Program-made: the position numbers and the translations under genes | Notes under the pieces: model-generated | The model's database searches: none | The model's input: only the letters and a program-made list of their open reading frames with translations | Told to the model about the DNA's origin: nothing | Shown: piece after piece, positions 1-10,084 of the stretch | Layout: every line of letters begins with the position of its first letter | Numbering within the stretch: the stretch's first letter is position 1 | Assembly: GCA_019057795.1 (NCBI GenBank) | Contig: JAHLWS010000022.1 | Location: forward strand, 1 to 64,000 | Source: Promethearchaeota archaeon | GTDB lineage: Archaea; Asgardarchaeota; Lokiarchaeia; Sigyniarchaeales; SOKP01 | Reading direction: 5' to 3' | Length of the DNA: 64,000 nucleotides

Positions 1-79
1 AAAAGAAAATATTTATATGAAGAACTCCTAATGGAGGAATAGAAAAACACTTTAATAAGATCGCATCATACTTTTTATC

Positions 80-763
80 ATGACAGATGAAGGGAAAGAA
101 GTATCAAAAGGGAAGTTTATTGGTGTAGTAACCTTTGTAACATTCTTGCTTGGATTAGGAATGTTCATACCCGCTAATGATTTTCTATGGGTTGAGGCTT
201 GGATTGTACTCATTTTATTTTACATGTTTTTTATAAATAATATCTTATATTTCAGCAAACACGACCCCGATTTAATCCAGAAACGCTCCAAACCAAAATT
301 TAAAGAAAAATGGGATAAAATCGTGACTTTTTTTACATCCATCGGATTCATTCCGATTTTCTTCGTTCCCGGCTTAGATAGACAATTTGGATGGTCAAAT
401 GTACCCATCATAGTTGAAATAATTGGTTTTATCGCGTTTATTATGGGTGTCATTATTATTTTCTTAACAATGAAGGAGAATTCCTTTTTATCGAAGGCAG
501 TGGAAATCCAAGAAGGACATACAGTTATTACCACGGGTCCTTATAAAATTGTTCGCCATCCAATGTATCTAGGTCTGATAATTTTTATGACGGGGTGGTG
601 CTTAGCCCTCGGATCGCTGTTTTCACTCATATTCGTGGCGTTCATAGTAATAGGTTTAATTATTCGCATTTTATTTGAAGATAAAATGCTTCATGAAGAA
701 CTTGAAGGGTATAAAGAGTATGCTCAAAAAACTAAGAAGAAGTTAATACCCTTTATATGGTAA
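80..763 (+). CDS. Isoprenylcysteine carboxyl methyltransferase (ICMT/Ste14) family membrane methyltransferase
   Basis: Multi-TM protein with C-terminal GPYKIVRHPMY...ED..L...Y..Y...LIPFIW motif. Confidence 0.85.
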   Translation: MTDEGKEVSKGKFIGVVTFVTFLLGLGMFIPANDFLWVEAWIVLILFYMFFINNILYFSKHDPDLIQKRSKPKFKEKWDKIVTFFTSIGFIPIFFVPGLDRQFGWSNVPIIVEIIGFIAFIMGVIIIFLTMKENSFLSKAVEIQEGHTVITTGPYKIVRHPMYLGLIIFMTGWCLALGSLFSLIFVAFIVIGLIIRILFEDKMLHEELEGYKEYAQKTKKKLIPFIW

Positions 764-784
764 AAAGGGTCTATTTTTATTTTT

Positions 785-1307
785 TTATGTATCCCAGCCG
801 CCCTTGGTTATCGTTTCCTCGATATCCTTATCCACGCGTTCTTTCAACGCTAAATAATCCGTTTTTGCCACGCGGTTTAAAGGAAATTCCTCCAAGAACA
901 CGGCCAATGAGGGGCGCTTATATGCCGCCATCCCCTTGCAATGTTCCAGTACCTTCTCTTCCATCAGGGTCATCCCTTCATGAACTTTGATGTATGCAAC
1001 GATCCCATTGGTAAAGATTTTATGCTCTGCGCCGATGACTCCTACAAATTCTACCTCGGGCATTTCGGCGATGAAATCCTCCACCTCGGGAGGAAATACT
1101 TGAAATCCCTTTGGTTTTATTATGAATTTTCTCCTACCGGAGAGATGCAAGCCTTTCTCATCCATGTACCCCAAATCTCCCGTGTATAAAATTCCCTCGG
1201 TGGATAGAACCGCTTTCGTGGCTTCCTCATTTCCAAAATACCCCTTGAACACTTGAGGACCTCCCACGCAGACTTCGCCGATCTCCCCGTTTGTTAGTTC
1301 TTTATTT
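785..1307 (-). pseudogene. C-terminal fragment of an AMP-binding acyl-CoA synthetase
   Basis: GEIGEVCVGGPQVFKGY, YTGDLG, GRRKFIIKPKGFQVFPPEVE motifs; frame closed upstream by TGA near 1308, N-terminal domain missing; visibly higher GC than flanks. Confidence 0.75.
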
Positions 1308-1539
1308 CACGAAGAAAAATATTTAGATGAAGAAATCATTGTAGAGGTATAGAAAAAAAGATATTCAAAACACTTTAATTGCGTAATATCCATATCTTTT
1401 CATAATTTGTTATACTTCTCTCTTGTTCTAAACTTTTTTATTATTCATTTATTAATGTTTAACATTCAAAAAATATATTAAAAAATATGGGAGTCCAATT
1501 TTTTACTCATGGTCTTATATAAATAAGAAATCCAAGAAA

Positions 1540-2384
1540 TTACACTTTCAATGTAATTGGATTCACGCTTTCAATTTTTCCAAATGTAGGAATAATCCAC
1601 ATATACATGCAATATTTTAAGTTTTTATAAGTTGGCCGAGCAAAATTACTATGACCTAAAAAACCTGGAAAAAACAACCCATCTCCATTTGATAAATCTT
1701 TACAAACTGAACATCCTTCATTATTTATTAAATATTGAGTAATAGCATAGTTACCATCATCAATACACATAATATAAACTTCAGGATAATCAGGATGTAT
1801 ATGAGGATAAATCTCAATATTTCCTTCTTTATTCTCTTCTAAATTTACGCTTGTTATAACTCCCTGCTTTAACGATCCGTTCGGAATATTTGTAAATCCT
1901 GACATAAAGTAGCCGTTTTTAATGGCGGTCCAAACGGTTCGGTAAGTTGCCATTACTTCGTTTGAACTTAATTCTCCTCTTGGAACAAATTTTTCTAAAT
2001 TAAAATGTTGTATTTCGAATTCAGCTCCAACTTCAACACCTATTGAAGTATAAAATAAGCATAGTTTATAGTAGCCCGATAGTTGAGGATTAACTTTTAT
2101 CAATAATTCTTTATCTGGTGGCAAAAAAAAAAGTCAAATTGATTTAAGTCATATTTTGTATCGTCGTAAAGTAAACTAGCCTCTCCAGACAATAAACAAC
2201 CATTTAAAACTTCATTTTGTTTAGTCTTAATTTTTAAATCGTTGTCAAAATGAAAATATTCAATTTTGACATTATCGAATTCTCTTTGAATACTCCCCGT
2301 TTTTGGGTCGTCAAAGTAAAATGAATACATTTTTTCTTTATTAATTGAACTAACATTTAATTTTGAATTAGATTTTCTTTTCAA
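1540..2384 (-). pseudogene. IolB/KduI-family (5-deoxy-glucuronate isomerase-like) cupin, frameshifted
   Basis: ORFs 2100..2384 and 1540..2124 join at a 10-nt homopolymer (A10 at 2123-2132); HIHPDYPEVY metal motif. Confidence 0.6.
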
Positions 2385-2419
2385 GTGTAGTTCCCCTTAA
2401 AAATATAGCAATTTTTATA

Positions 2420-3625
2420 TTAAAAGAAATTGGAACCCACAGGAGTTTGAATTCTTATAGATTTTCGGGCATTATCTTCCAAAACAGAGATTAAAGCAGT
2501 AATATTTTGCTTGCTCTCGTACACTATCTCTTTTTCTTCGTTAACACCCCAACTATTAAAACCTGTGAGAATTGGAGCTGTTTCAAACAATCCTTCTTGA
2601 AGTCCAGTAACCTTTACTGTTACACCTTTTAGCGTTTCTTTTGAGGTGTTCTTTATTTTTATAATATATTTTTCTATATCAGAATCTATTGAGATAATTT
2701 TAAATATTTTCTGGAATTTAGATGAGACCCCATCGAAGATCGAAGGTACCCCTGAAGTTATTCCCGAGAATAAATCAGCGTCTAATTTTTGCTTGTCAGC
2801 TGGTTTCGCAATAATCGTGATTGGTACATTGAATTTTATGGTCTCTTTACCGTACTCTGATTTAGGCTTTCCAATAAATAACAATGACCATTTTACGTAA
2901 GAACCGTATTTAAACCCCCAGAACTCTTTTTCGTGTGGTTCCCATAAATAATTATGGCTTGGTTGAGCGATCTCTGGGACTTTTAATAATAAAAATTTCT
3001 TATCCATATCAGTAGTTCTCGAATCTCCGGCAATAGCAGGAGGCAATTCTTCCACTTTACTACAATTTTGCCCGTAAGCATCACAATAACAAACGAGATT
3101 TGCTTTTTGTAATAACCTGATTTCAACTTGTTTCAGTTCCTCAGAAGAAAAGTTTATTTTAATTGCTTCTCCAGGTTTAAAAACATCTTTTGACAAATTA
3201 ATACTTAAGCCAGAAATTGAAATTGAAAGAGGATTAGGCTTTTTTGTCTGTATATTTGATTGTTTTTCCCTAATTTCAATCTTTAGTGTTTTATTAATTA
3301 CTAAATCATCATCTGGGTTAATTGGATGAGGTTGTCTTAATATTAGTTTAAGTTCATATTCCACATTTCTGTTTTTTATTGTAGGGATAACATTGTTTTT
3401 AATCAATATTGCTTTATCTCTAATATATTCGCCCGCTTCAAAAAACCCCTTCGTAAATATTTCCTCTTTGGTAATTTGAAGTTCTTTTAGGCAAGGGGGA
3501 TAAGTTAATAAGCGAATTCCAGACCATAAAACTAACGAATCTTCATCGAAATTGAACTTAGTTTTTACGTTAATTTTGTCACCTAAGTACACATAATTAT
3601 TTAAAACGTTAAGCTCTAATTTCAT
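2420..3625 (-). CDS. Arrestin-fold protein (N and C arrestin-like domains) with extra C-terminal beta-sandwich
   Basis: YLGDKINVK...GEY...IPT...VEYELKL and SKDVFKPGEAIKINF...VEIRLLQ...VP...PS...VPITI patterns typical of arrestin/Vps26/SpoOM folds. Confidence 0.6.
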   Translation of the reverse strand: MKLELNVLNNYVYLGDKINVKTKFNFDEDSLVLWSGIRLLTYPPCLKELQITKEEIFTKGFFEAGEYIRDKAILIKNNVIPTIKNRNVEYELKLILRQPHPINPDDDLVINKTLKIEIREKQSNIQTKKPNPLSISISGLSINLSKDVFKPGEAIKINFSSEELKQVEIRLLQKANLVCYCDAYGQNCSKVEELPPAIAGDSRTTDMDKKFLLLKVPEIAQPSHNYLWEPHEKEFWGFKYGSYVKWSLLFIGKPKSEYGKETIKFNVPITIIAKPADKQKLDADLFSGITSGVPSIFDGVSSKFQKIFKIISIDSDIEKYIIKIKNTSKETLKGVTVKVTGLQEGLFETAPILTGFNSWGVNEEKEIVYESKQNITALISVLEDNARKSIRIQTPVGSNFF

Positions 3626-3894
3626 AATTTTTACGAGTAAAAAGGAATAATCAAAATTTCAATATTAATATTAATTAATGAATTCTTTTAATATTTTTTT
3701 AACTAAATAATTTGTGAATGTGGAAATAGTACTCATAATGTCATTTATTTTTCACTAAGTTTGTCAAACTACATCCAATATACTTTAAAAATTTAATTTT
3801 CTTTTCTAAATTCGATTAAAAAGGACAAATAACAAATTATAATTGGCATTATAATTTTGTTTTATTATTAGTTTAACATCGGTATACTTACAGA

Positions 3895-4605
3895 ATGAAG
3901 CGACTTAAAGATAGCAACATTAAAGCGATTCTTTTCGATTTAGATGGGACCTTATTAGAAATCGATTTGAAACTTTTTATTCCCGAATATTTTAAGTTAT
4001 TAGCAAACAGTATCGCTCACATAATCTCCCCTAATAAATTCTATCCTATTCTTTTAAAAGCGTCAGAGGCTTTAACAAATAACAGTGGAAAGAATACGAA
4101 CGAAGAGGTCTTTTCCAATATTTTCTTCCCGCTCAATGGTTATAGCAAAGAAGAGATCGATCCATATTTTACGAAATTCTATAAAGAAGATTTTATAAAA
4201 TTACGCAAATTTACTAAAAAGAAACCAGAAGCGCGTAAGGTAGTAAAAACAGCATTTGATAGGGGATACGAAGTAGTAATTGCAACCAACCCTCTGCTCC
4301 CCTTAACATCAATACAACAACGCCTTGATTGGGCAGGAGTTGGTGATTTTCCTTACAACCTTATAACTAGTTATGAAAATTCATATGCAAGCAAACCGGA
4401 TCTACTGTATTACCAATTGATATTTAAACATCTTAACCTCTCAGCAAAAGAATGCATTATGGTAGGTGACGAAGATAAGGATTTAGTATGCGCAAAATTA
4501 GGCTCGCAGACCTTCTTAGTTCATAGTATAAATACTAAATTAAATTCCGAAACGCCAGAACCCACTTATAGCGGAACATTAAATGACTTAATGAAGCTTC
4601 TTTAA
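3895..4605 (+). CDS. HAD-superfamily hydrolase
   Basis: FDLDGTL motif I, ATN, KP, MVGD motifs. Confidence 0.9.
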   Translation: MKRLKDSNIKAILFDLDGTLLEIDLKLFIPEYFKLLANSIAHIISPNKFYPILLKASEALTNNSGKNTNEEVFSNIFFPLNGYSKEEIDPYFTKFYKEDFIKLRKFTKKKPEARKVVKTAFDRGYEVVIATNPLLPLTSIQQRLDWAGVGDFPYNLITSYENSYASKPDLLYYQLIFKHLNLSAKECIMVGDEDKDLVCAKLGSQTFLVHSINTKLNSETPEPTYSGTLNDLMKLL

Positions 4606-4638
4606 AAATCAATAGAATTTAAAAAAAATAGTGTTTAC

Positions 4639-5568
4639 ATGAACATTAAAGAAAATTTTGATGAATTTGATTATAGACACCTAGCTCCAGAAAATATACA
4701 AAGTATACACCAGTTATTTGAAAACAACTCGGACTTTTTTTCGCTTCCTTTTGATTATTTTCAGAGAGGCACTTTAGAAGATGATGGTTTTGAGCAAGAC
4801 TTATCGCTTTTTTTATTTAATTCAGAGACGAATCAGCCCGTAGCCGCTTTTATCACGGTAACTAGAAAAAATATCAAATTAGGTCAATGTTTTCTTAAAG
4901 GTTGCGTAGTTGATAGTGCTTATCGCCGCCATGGTGTCGGTTCTAAAATCATAACCGAAATTTTAAAGCGAGCTAAAGAAAAAAACATGTCAGAAATCTT
5001 TTATGGTGCGAGCGTTCCTAATTATTGGCAACCTGGTGTTGATATACGCCATACAAGTTTGTTTTTCTTTCTAAAAAAGCACGGTTTTAAATCTCATAGA
5101 CCGATATTCAATCTTACTGCGTCTTTAACTGAAGTTAAGGATAAACCAGTCTTGGAAAAAAACGGATATAAATACGAGCGCGTTCAATCTAAAGATTTTA
5201 ATAATACTTCAAGGTTCGTGAAAAAACAATTTCCACGCGGCACTTGGGCTGAAGAAGTTCAGTTATCATTTAATATCGATCCTCCAACGACTTTTATAGC
5301 GAAAAACATTAAGAATGAAATAGTTGGTTTTTCTACTCATAGTCAATTTTATCCCGGCTCGTTTGGCCCAACGGGCGTCTTGGAATCATTGCGTGGAAAA
5401 AGCATCGGAAGGGAACTCTTCTTTTGGTGTCTATGGGACATGAAACAGAATGGGTTAAACACATGTGAGATAATGTGGGTGGGAGGTGATACTATAAAAT
5501 TTTATTCAAAGGTAATTGGAGCTTATATTTCACCTATTTTCTATCCCATGTATAAAAAATTAAAATAG
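4639..5568 (+). CDS. Tandem GNAT N-acetyltransferase
   Basis: Two acetyl-CoA motifs: YRRHGVGS and LRGKSIG, with FGPTGV. Confidence 0.8.
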   Translation: MNIKENFDEFDYRHLAPENIQSIHQLFENNSDFFSLPFDYFQRGTLEDDGFEQDLSLFLFNSETNQPVAAFITVTRKNIKLGQCFLKGCVVDSAYRRHGVGSKIITEILKRAKEKNMSEIFYGASVPNYWQPGVDIRHTSLFFFLKKHGFKSHRPIFNLTASLTEVKDKPVLEKNGYKYERVQSKDFNNTSRFVKKQFPRGTWAEEVQLSFNIDPPTTFIAKNIKNEIVGFSTHSQFYPGSFGPTGVLESLRGKSIGRELFFWCLWDMKQNGLNTCEIMWVGGDTIKFYSKVIGAYISPIFYPMYKKLK

Positions 5569-5601
5569 AATTGTTGACATAATACGACTATCTTTTCCTT
5601 G

Positions 5602-6843
5602 TTAAATACGTAGAGCGTGAAGCAAAGTTGGGGAAAGTTTCATACTATTCTTAATACCCAAAAGTTTTATTAGTTTCCACTTACGAGACATCATAACCTC
5701 CCAGCTATGTTTCCTAGTTTCACTCCCAGTAAATAATGCTATAGTTGATTGCATCATTTCTGGATCCTCTTGAGCCATTGAATAAATCGCTTCGAGGATT
5801 CGTTCCAAGAGACCACTATGATACAAAAGGTGATGGATTTTATAGGAATACCTCAAACCTTCTTCGTAGAGGTGTTTTAATAGGAGTTCGTTGTATCTCG
5901 CAAGTTCAGATTCTCCAAAATCTTCTTTTTCAAGTGCTTGACAAAAAACTTCTGCCGCAATTTTGCCAGATAATCGTGCTTGATAAATTCCTTCGTATAA
6001 AATTGGATCCGCGGTTCCACAAGCATCTCCAATCACCATAACTCGCTCACGATAAGGTTTTGCGATCAATCGATCAGGTATAGGAGCTGCCCAAACTTTT
6101 CGACCCCCAAAAACTTTCATTTCTCTTCCTTCGATTTTCTCCTTTATGAACGGACTCTTGAGAAAAGCGTTAAAATGACTCATTTTAACTCCCTTCCCTA
6201 AAACTCCAATGCTTAGCGTTTGACTTTTAGGAAACACCCACCCAATCCCGTGATCAATTAAACTACGATCGAAGAATTCCCATACTCGATTACCAAATTG
6301 GTCGTCTATGACAGATTCGGGGACGCTGATTTCCGCTTGTATTCCACTTATCATTGGTGGAACCTCGATACCGAGAGTTCTTTGTAATTTAGCTCCCCCC
6401 AATCCGGTTGCGAGGATCACACATTTGCTTTGAAATTCTTTTGTCCCTACTATCTTAACGTTCTTATTTTTGCCAATCTCAATTCTTTTTACTCTAGATC
6501 CGTAAATTACCTGGGCACCAGCGTCTTGAGAAATGTCCAATAGATACTTATCGAAGTCAGTTCGAAACATGCAATAACCCTTATTACTTTTTCCAGAAGC
6601 TTCGAATTCCATGGGCCCTTTTTTTGGAGTAAATAGAACTCCGCCGGTAACTTCACGCTCACCGACTCCGTGGGGTATTGGTGAGAAATCTTCGCTTCTA
6701 GCAGGAATTCCTCCGGCACAACATTTATATCTACCTTCTTCCCCAGCTTCAAGTAAAAGCACATTCGCATTACTTTCTGCGGCAATCTTTGCAGCTGTTG
6801 CTCCACCTGGACCACCTCCGATAATAATTAAGTCATAAATCAC
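5602..6843 (-). CDS. Geranylgeranyl reductase-family FAD oxidoreductase
   Basis: GGGPGG Rossmann, CAGG, R..FD..L, WVFPK, IGDACG..DP..YEGI. Confidence 0.85.
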   Translation of the reverse strand: MIYDLIIIGGGPGGATAAKIAAESNANVLLLEAGEEGRYKCCAGGIPARSEDFSPIPHGVGEREVTGGVLFTPKKGPMEFEASGKSNKGYCMFRTDFDKYLLDISQDAGAQVIYGSRVKRIEIGKNKNVKIVGTKEFQSKCVILATGLGGAKLQRTLGIEVPPMISGIQAEISVPESVIDDQFGNRVWEFFDRSLIDHGIGWVFPKSQTLSIGVLGKGVKMSHFNAFLKSPFIKEKIEGREMKVFGGRKVWAAPIPDRLIAKPYRERVMVIGDACGTADPILYEGIYQARLSGKIAAEVFCQALEKEDFGESELARYNELLLKHLYEEGLRYSYKIHHLLYHSGLLERILEAIYSMAQEDPEMMQSTIALFTGSETRKHSWEVMMSRKWKLIKLLGIKNSMKLSPTLLHALRI

Positions 6844-6853
6844 GAATAAACCC

Positions 6854-8248
6854 TCAAAACTTGTTTTTTAAATTAGTTTTAATATTTAGTTGTTCTCTCT
6901 TTTTTTGATGAAGTTCTTTAAGTTCTTCTTCAAGATGTTCTAATTTCTCTCCTTCTAATGGGTAGAAGTAGACAAAAATCAAACTTAACGCAACAAATAT
7001 GTTAACGATGAAATAAAATACAAATATAATTCCAAACATCGCCGAATCTGTTTGAACGGGAGAGTTTTGTACATATCCTGTTAATACAAGTACAATAGTC
7101 ACAATGATAGGGCCAATACTCTCAGTTGGTTTAGTGAACAAGGCATTAATACCATAAAACATCCCTTCTCGTCGACTTCCATATTTGATTTCGTCTTCGT
7201 CAATAGGTAGCGTCTGCATTATAACTCCAAATATACCCGCACCCCCAAAGAATGCCGAGAATGCAAGTCCTATCCACATCGCGGGAATTGATATTGAAGG
7301 AATTAAAACCAAGAAGAATAGAATAAATCCACCTATGAATTGAATAGTTGTAAACTGAAGTAGTAGCTTTTTAAATCCATATCTCTTTCTCAGTTTTATG
7401 CAAAGAATATTGGAACTCCAACCAACGATTATTACGATTAAAAAGTAAAATACTATATTTTCAGGACCGATCAGTATCAAAAATAGAAAGACATACGAGA
7501 GTTGTATTGAAGCAATGAGCGTCCTGAAAAAATTAAATCCAACAAACATCATAAAGGATTTAGATTTCACTGTTTGTTTTATTGCCGTCCATAAAGGAGG
7601 GCTTCGGTCGTGTTGGTGTTCAGGGCTTTCTTTTGAAAGTTTTACTACAACTACATAACAGACATAACTAATCACAGCTACGGTGATGTTGAATATTTGA
7701 AAAAATTGACGGTTATCAACCATCGTAGGAACGGTAATCACGACAAAACTTGCAAATAGTGCGAGGATGCCGCCTAGAAAGTTGATTCTAGTACGCTCTC
7801 CGAGATCGCTAGTCATATCGGGAAGTAGTGCCATCCAAGCCATTGTTACGATGTTAGAGAGGGTGTCAAAAATGCTAATGCTTATCAAAAAATGCAGAAA
7901 CATTACAAATTGTCCCATAGGAGTAGCTGCGTCTGTACTCCATGGGAACCACATGAGAGCAAATGTTATTACCAAAAACGGACTGAAATATTTTATATAT
8001 ACCACTCTTCGGCTACCCCATTTCTTCACATCAGTATTATCTTGCCATTGACCAATGAGAGGGTCATTTAACATGTTTATAATCATGAAAATTGCCATTC
8101 CAATAATAAAAAGAACCTCATTTAAGCCTAATGAATCGTAAAAGAATTTTATATAACCTAATCGGAACACACCAAGGATAATCGTTAATGGAATCATCCC
8201 TACAATGTAACCCGAAACTTGTTTTTTAGGTAATTTATTAATCGACAT
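6854..8248 (-). CDS. MFS transporter, GPH (MelB-like) glycoside:cation symporter
   Basis: NDPLIGQWQD..WGSRR, RREGMFYG motifs, about 12 TM. Confidence 0.85.
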   Translation of the reverse strand: MSINKLPKKQVSGYIVGMIPLTIILGVFRLGYIKFFYDSLGLNEVLFIIGMAIFMIINMLNDPLIGQWQDNTDVKKWGSRRVVYIKYFSPFLVITFALMWFPWSTDAATPMGQFVMFLHFLISISIFDTLSNIVTMAWMALLPDMTSDLGERTRINFLGGILALFASFVVITVPTMVDNRQFFQIFNITVAVISYVCYVVVVKLSKESPEHQHDRSPPLWTAIKQTVKSKSFMMFVGFNFFRTLIASIQLSYVFLFLILIGPENIVFYFLIVIIVGWSSNILCIKLRKRYGFKKLLLQFTTIQFIGGFILFFLVLIPSISIPAMWIGLAFSAFFGGAGIFGVIMQTLPIDEDEIKYGSRREGMFYGINALFTKPTESIGPIIVTIVLVLTGYVQNSPVQTDSAMFGIIFVFYFIVNIFVALSLIFVYFYPLEGEKLEHLEEELKELHQKKREQLNIKTNLKNKF

Positions 8249-8364
8249 TTTTTTTTAAATGATTTTTTTTAATATAACTTTAATGTTAAACTTTAAAAAG
8301 ATTTTTTTTAATTTCTAATTATATATTAATTAATTCTTCCCAGTTTTATTAAAAATTAAAATTT

Positions 8365-9945
8365 GTGATAGAAATTAAGAAGAGATTAAACTTTTTATTT
8401 TTTATAACCGACCAACAACGATTTGATCACTTAAGTTGTTATAACAACAAGATAGTTTTAAAAACACCAAATATCGATCGCATCGCTAAAGAGGGCGTTA
8501 AATTCACTAACTTTTATTGTAATAACCCAATATGCATGCCTAATCGAAGCACGATATATACTGGGCAATATCCCTCAGTTCACGGTGTTACAACAAATGG
8601 ACGCAATTTACCTCAAGGTACAAATACCTTTGTTGACATTCTACTTGAATCTGGGGCTTACTATACAGCAAGTTTTGGAAAAATACATCTAAATTATTTT
8701 GGAGCCCCTTCTGGTCAATTTAGAAGCGCTGTTGAAAGTCAAGAATTTGCCCAACATAGAGATTACCCTAAATTAACTAACTACTCACCTTATTTTGGAT
8801 TGGAGGAGGTGAAAATAGTTTCAGGGCACGGACCGCTATGTGGACACCCAGATTACATAAATTGGGTAAAGAAAAAAATAGAAAACAATCCCTCGTTAGG
8901 AAAACTGCTCAGGATTAAGTTGAGTAATCCGGATAATTTAATTCAAACAAAACTTAATATCTCTTTTAACACTTCTGATCCTTTAGTGAAATTACAAGTG
9001 CTAAAGCATAAAATCCCTGAGGAACTATATTCTACAACATTTGTTAAAGAAAACACAATCAAATTCCTAGAAAGATTTTCTATTGGTTCTTGTTCCAAAG
9101 AAAGTTTTCTCGTTTTTTGCTCATTTCCTGACCCTCATCATCCTTTCGCAGCGCCTGGAAAATATTTCGATATGTATAAGCCAGAAGATATAATATTACC
9201 TAAAACATTTAACGATGACCATAAAAACAGTTCAGAATTTAATAGAAAACATTACAATACTCTTTTATCAAGTGAAGGAACTGCAAAAGGGATCTTTCCA
9301 ATACCAAAAGATTTGACAGAAGAAGGGGCTAAAAGTGTAATTGCTGCGTCCTATGGAATGGAAAAAATGGTTGATGATGCAGTAGGGGAGGTTTTAAATG
9401 CTTTAAATAAATTTGGCTTGGCGGAAAATACAGTTGTTATATATACTACAGATCATGGCGATTTAGGTGGAGACCATCGGTTCTTCTTTAAAGGGCCATT
9501 CTTGTATCAAGGATTAATCAAAATACCCTTTTTAATAAAAGTTCCTAACGGGTTAACAAATGAAGAAAATAATTCGTTAACTAGTTCAATTGACATTCCT
9601 GAGACAATCTTAGAATTAGCTGGAATCCCAATCCCAGATTTTATGCAAGGAAAAAGTTTAATTCCAATATTGAATAACACTAAAGAAAAAATTAATAATG
9701 ATATACTTATTGAAATGAACGATGACCACAATCATGAAAGAACGAGAACTTTAATTACAGACGAATGGAGAATCACAGTTTTTAGTGATCATGGAGAATT
9801 ATACAATTTGAAGAATGACATAAATGAATTAAATAATTTGTGGAACGATAAGACTCTTAAAGACATTAAATTTGATCTTCTTTTAAAATTGTTTAAGAAA
9901 ACTAACAACCTAAGTAACCCAGTTATGCGAGATTGTGGCTTTTAA
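8365..9945 (+). CDS. Sulfatase (Cys-type, formylglycine-dependent)
   Basis: TDQQR, CMPNR (CxPxR), GKIH, PHHPF, TDHGD. Confidence 0.9.
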   Translation: MIEIKKRLNFLFFITDQQRFDHLSCYNNKIVLKTPNIDRIAKEGVKFTNFYCNNPICMPNRSTIYTGQYPSVHGVTTNGRNLPQGTNTFVDILLESGAYYTASFGKIHLNYFGAPSGQFRSAVESQEFAQHRDYPKLTNYSPYFGLEEVKIVSGHGPLCGHPDYINWVKKKIENNPSLGKLLRIKLSNPDNLIQTKLNISFNTSDPLVKLQVLKHKIPEELYSTTFVKENTIKFLERFSIGSCSKESFLVFCSFPDPHHPFAAPGKYFDMYKPEDIILPKTFNDDHKNSSEFNRKHYNTLLSSEGTAKGIFPIPKDLTEEGAKSVIAASYGMEKMVDDAVGEVLNALNKFGLAENTVVIYTTDHGDLGGDHRFFFKGPFLYQGLIKIPFLIKVPNGLTNEENNSLTSSIDIPETILELAGIPIPDFMQGKSLIPILNNTKEKINNDILIEMNDDHNHERTRTLITDEWRITVFSDHGELYNLKNDINELNNLWNDKTLKDIKFDLLLKLFKKTNNLSNPVMRDCGF

Positions 9946-10084
9946 TTCACGTATTGACAGATTAATATTGAATTGTCATGCAAGACTCTCCATGCAAAAA
10001 GTTTTAAAATAATTCCCTCAAAACTATTAAATTCTACTTAATTTCTCTAAAATAGATTTATTTGAATTAGGAAAGATTATAAAT

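Noticed and set aside
80-763. ICMT as evidence of eukaryote-like protein prenylation
   Set aside because: The family is widespread in prokaryotes, and no CaaX substrate or prenyltransferase is seen in the window.
1300-1312. TGA upstream of the acyl-CoA ligase fragment as another Sec codon
   Set aside because: Not at a Cys position, and the upstream sequence does not continue the protein.
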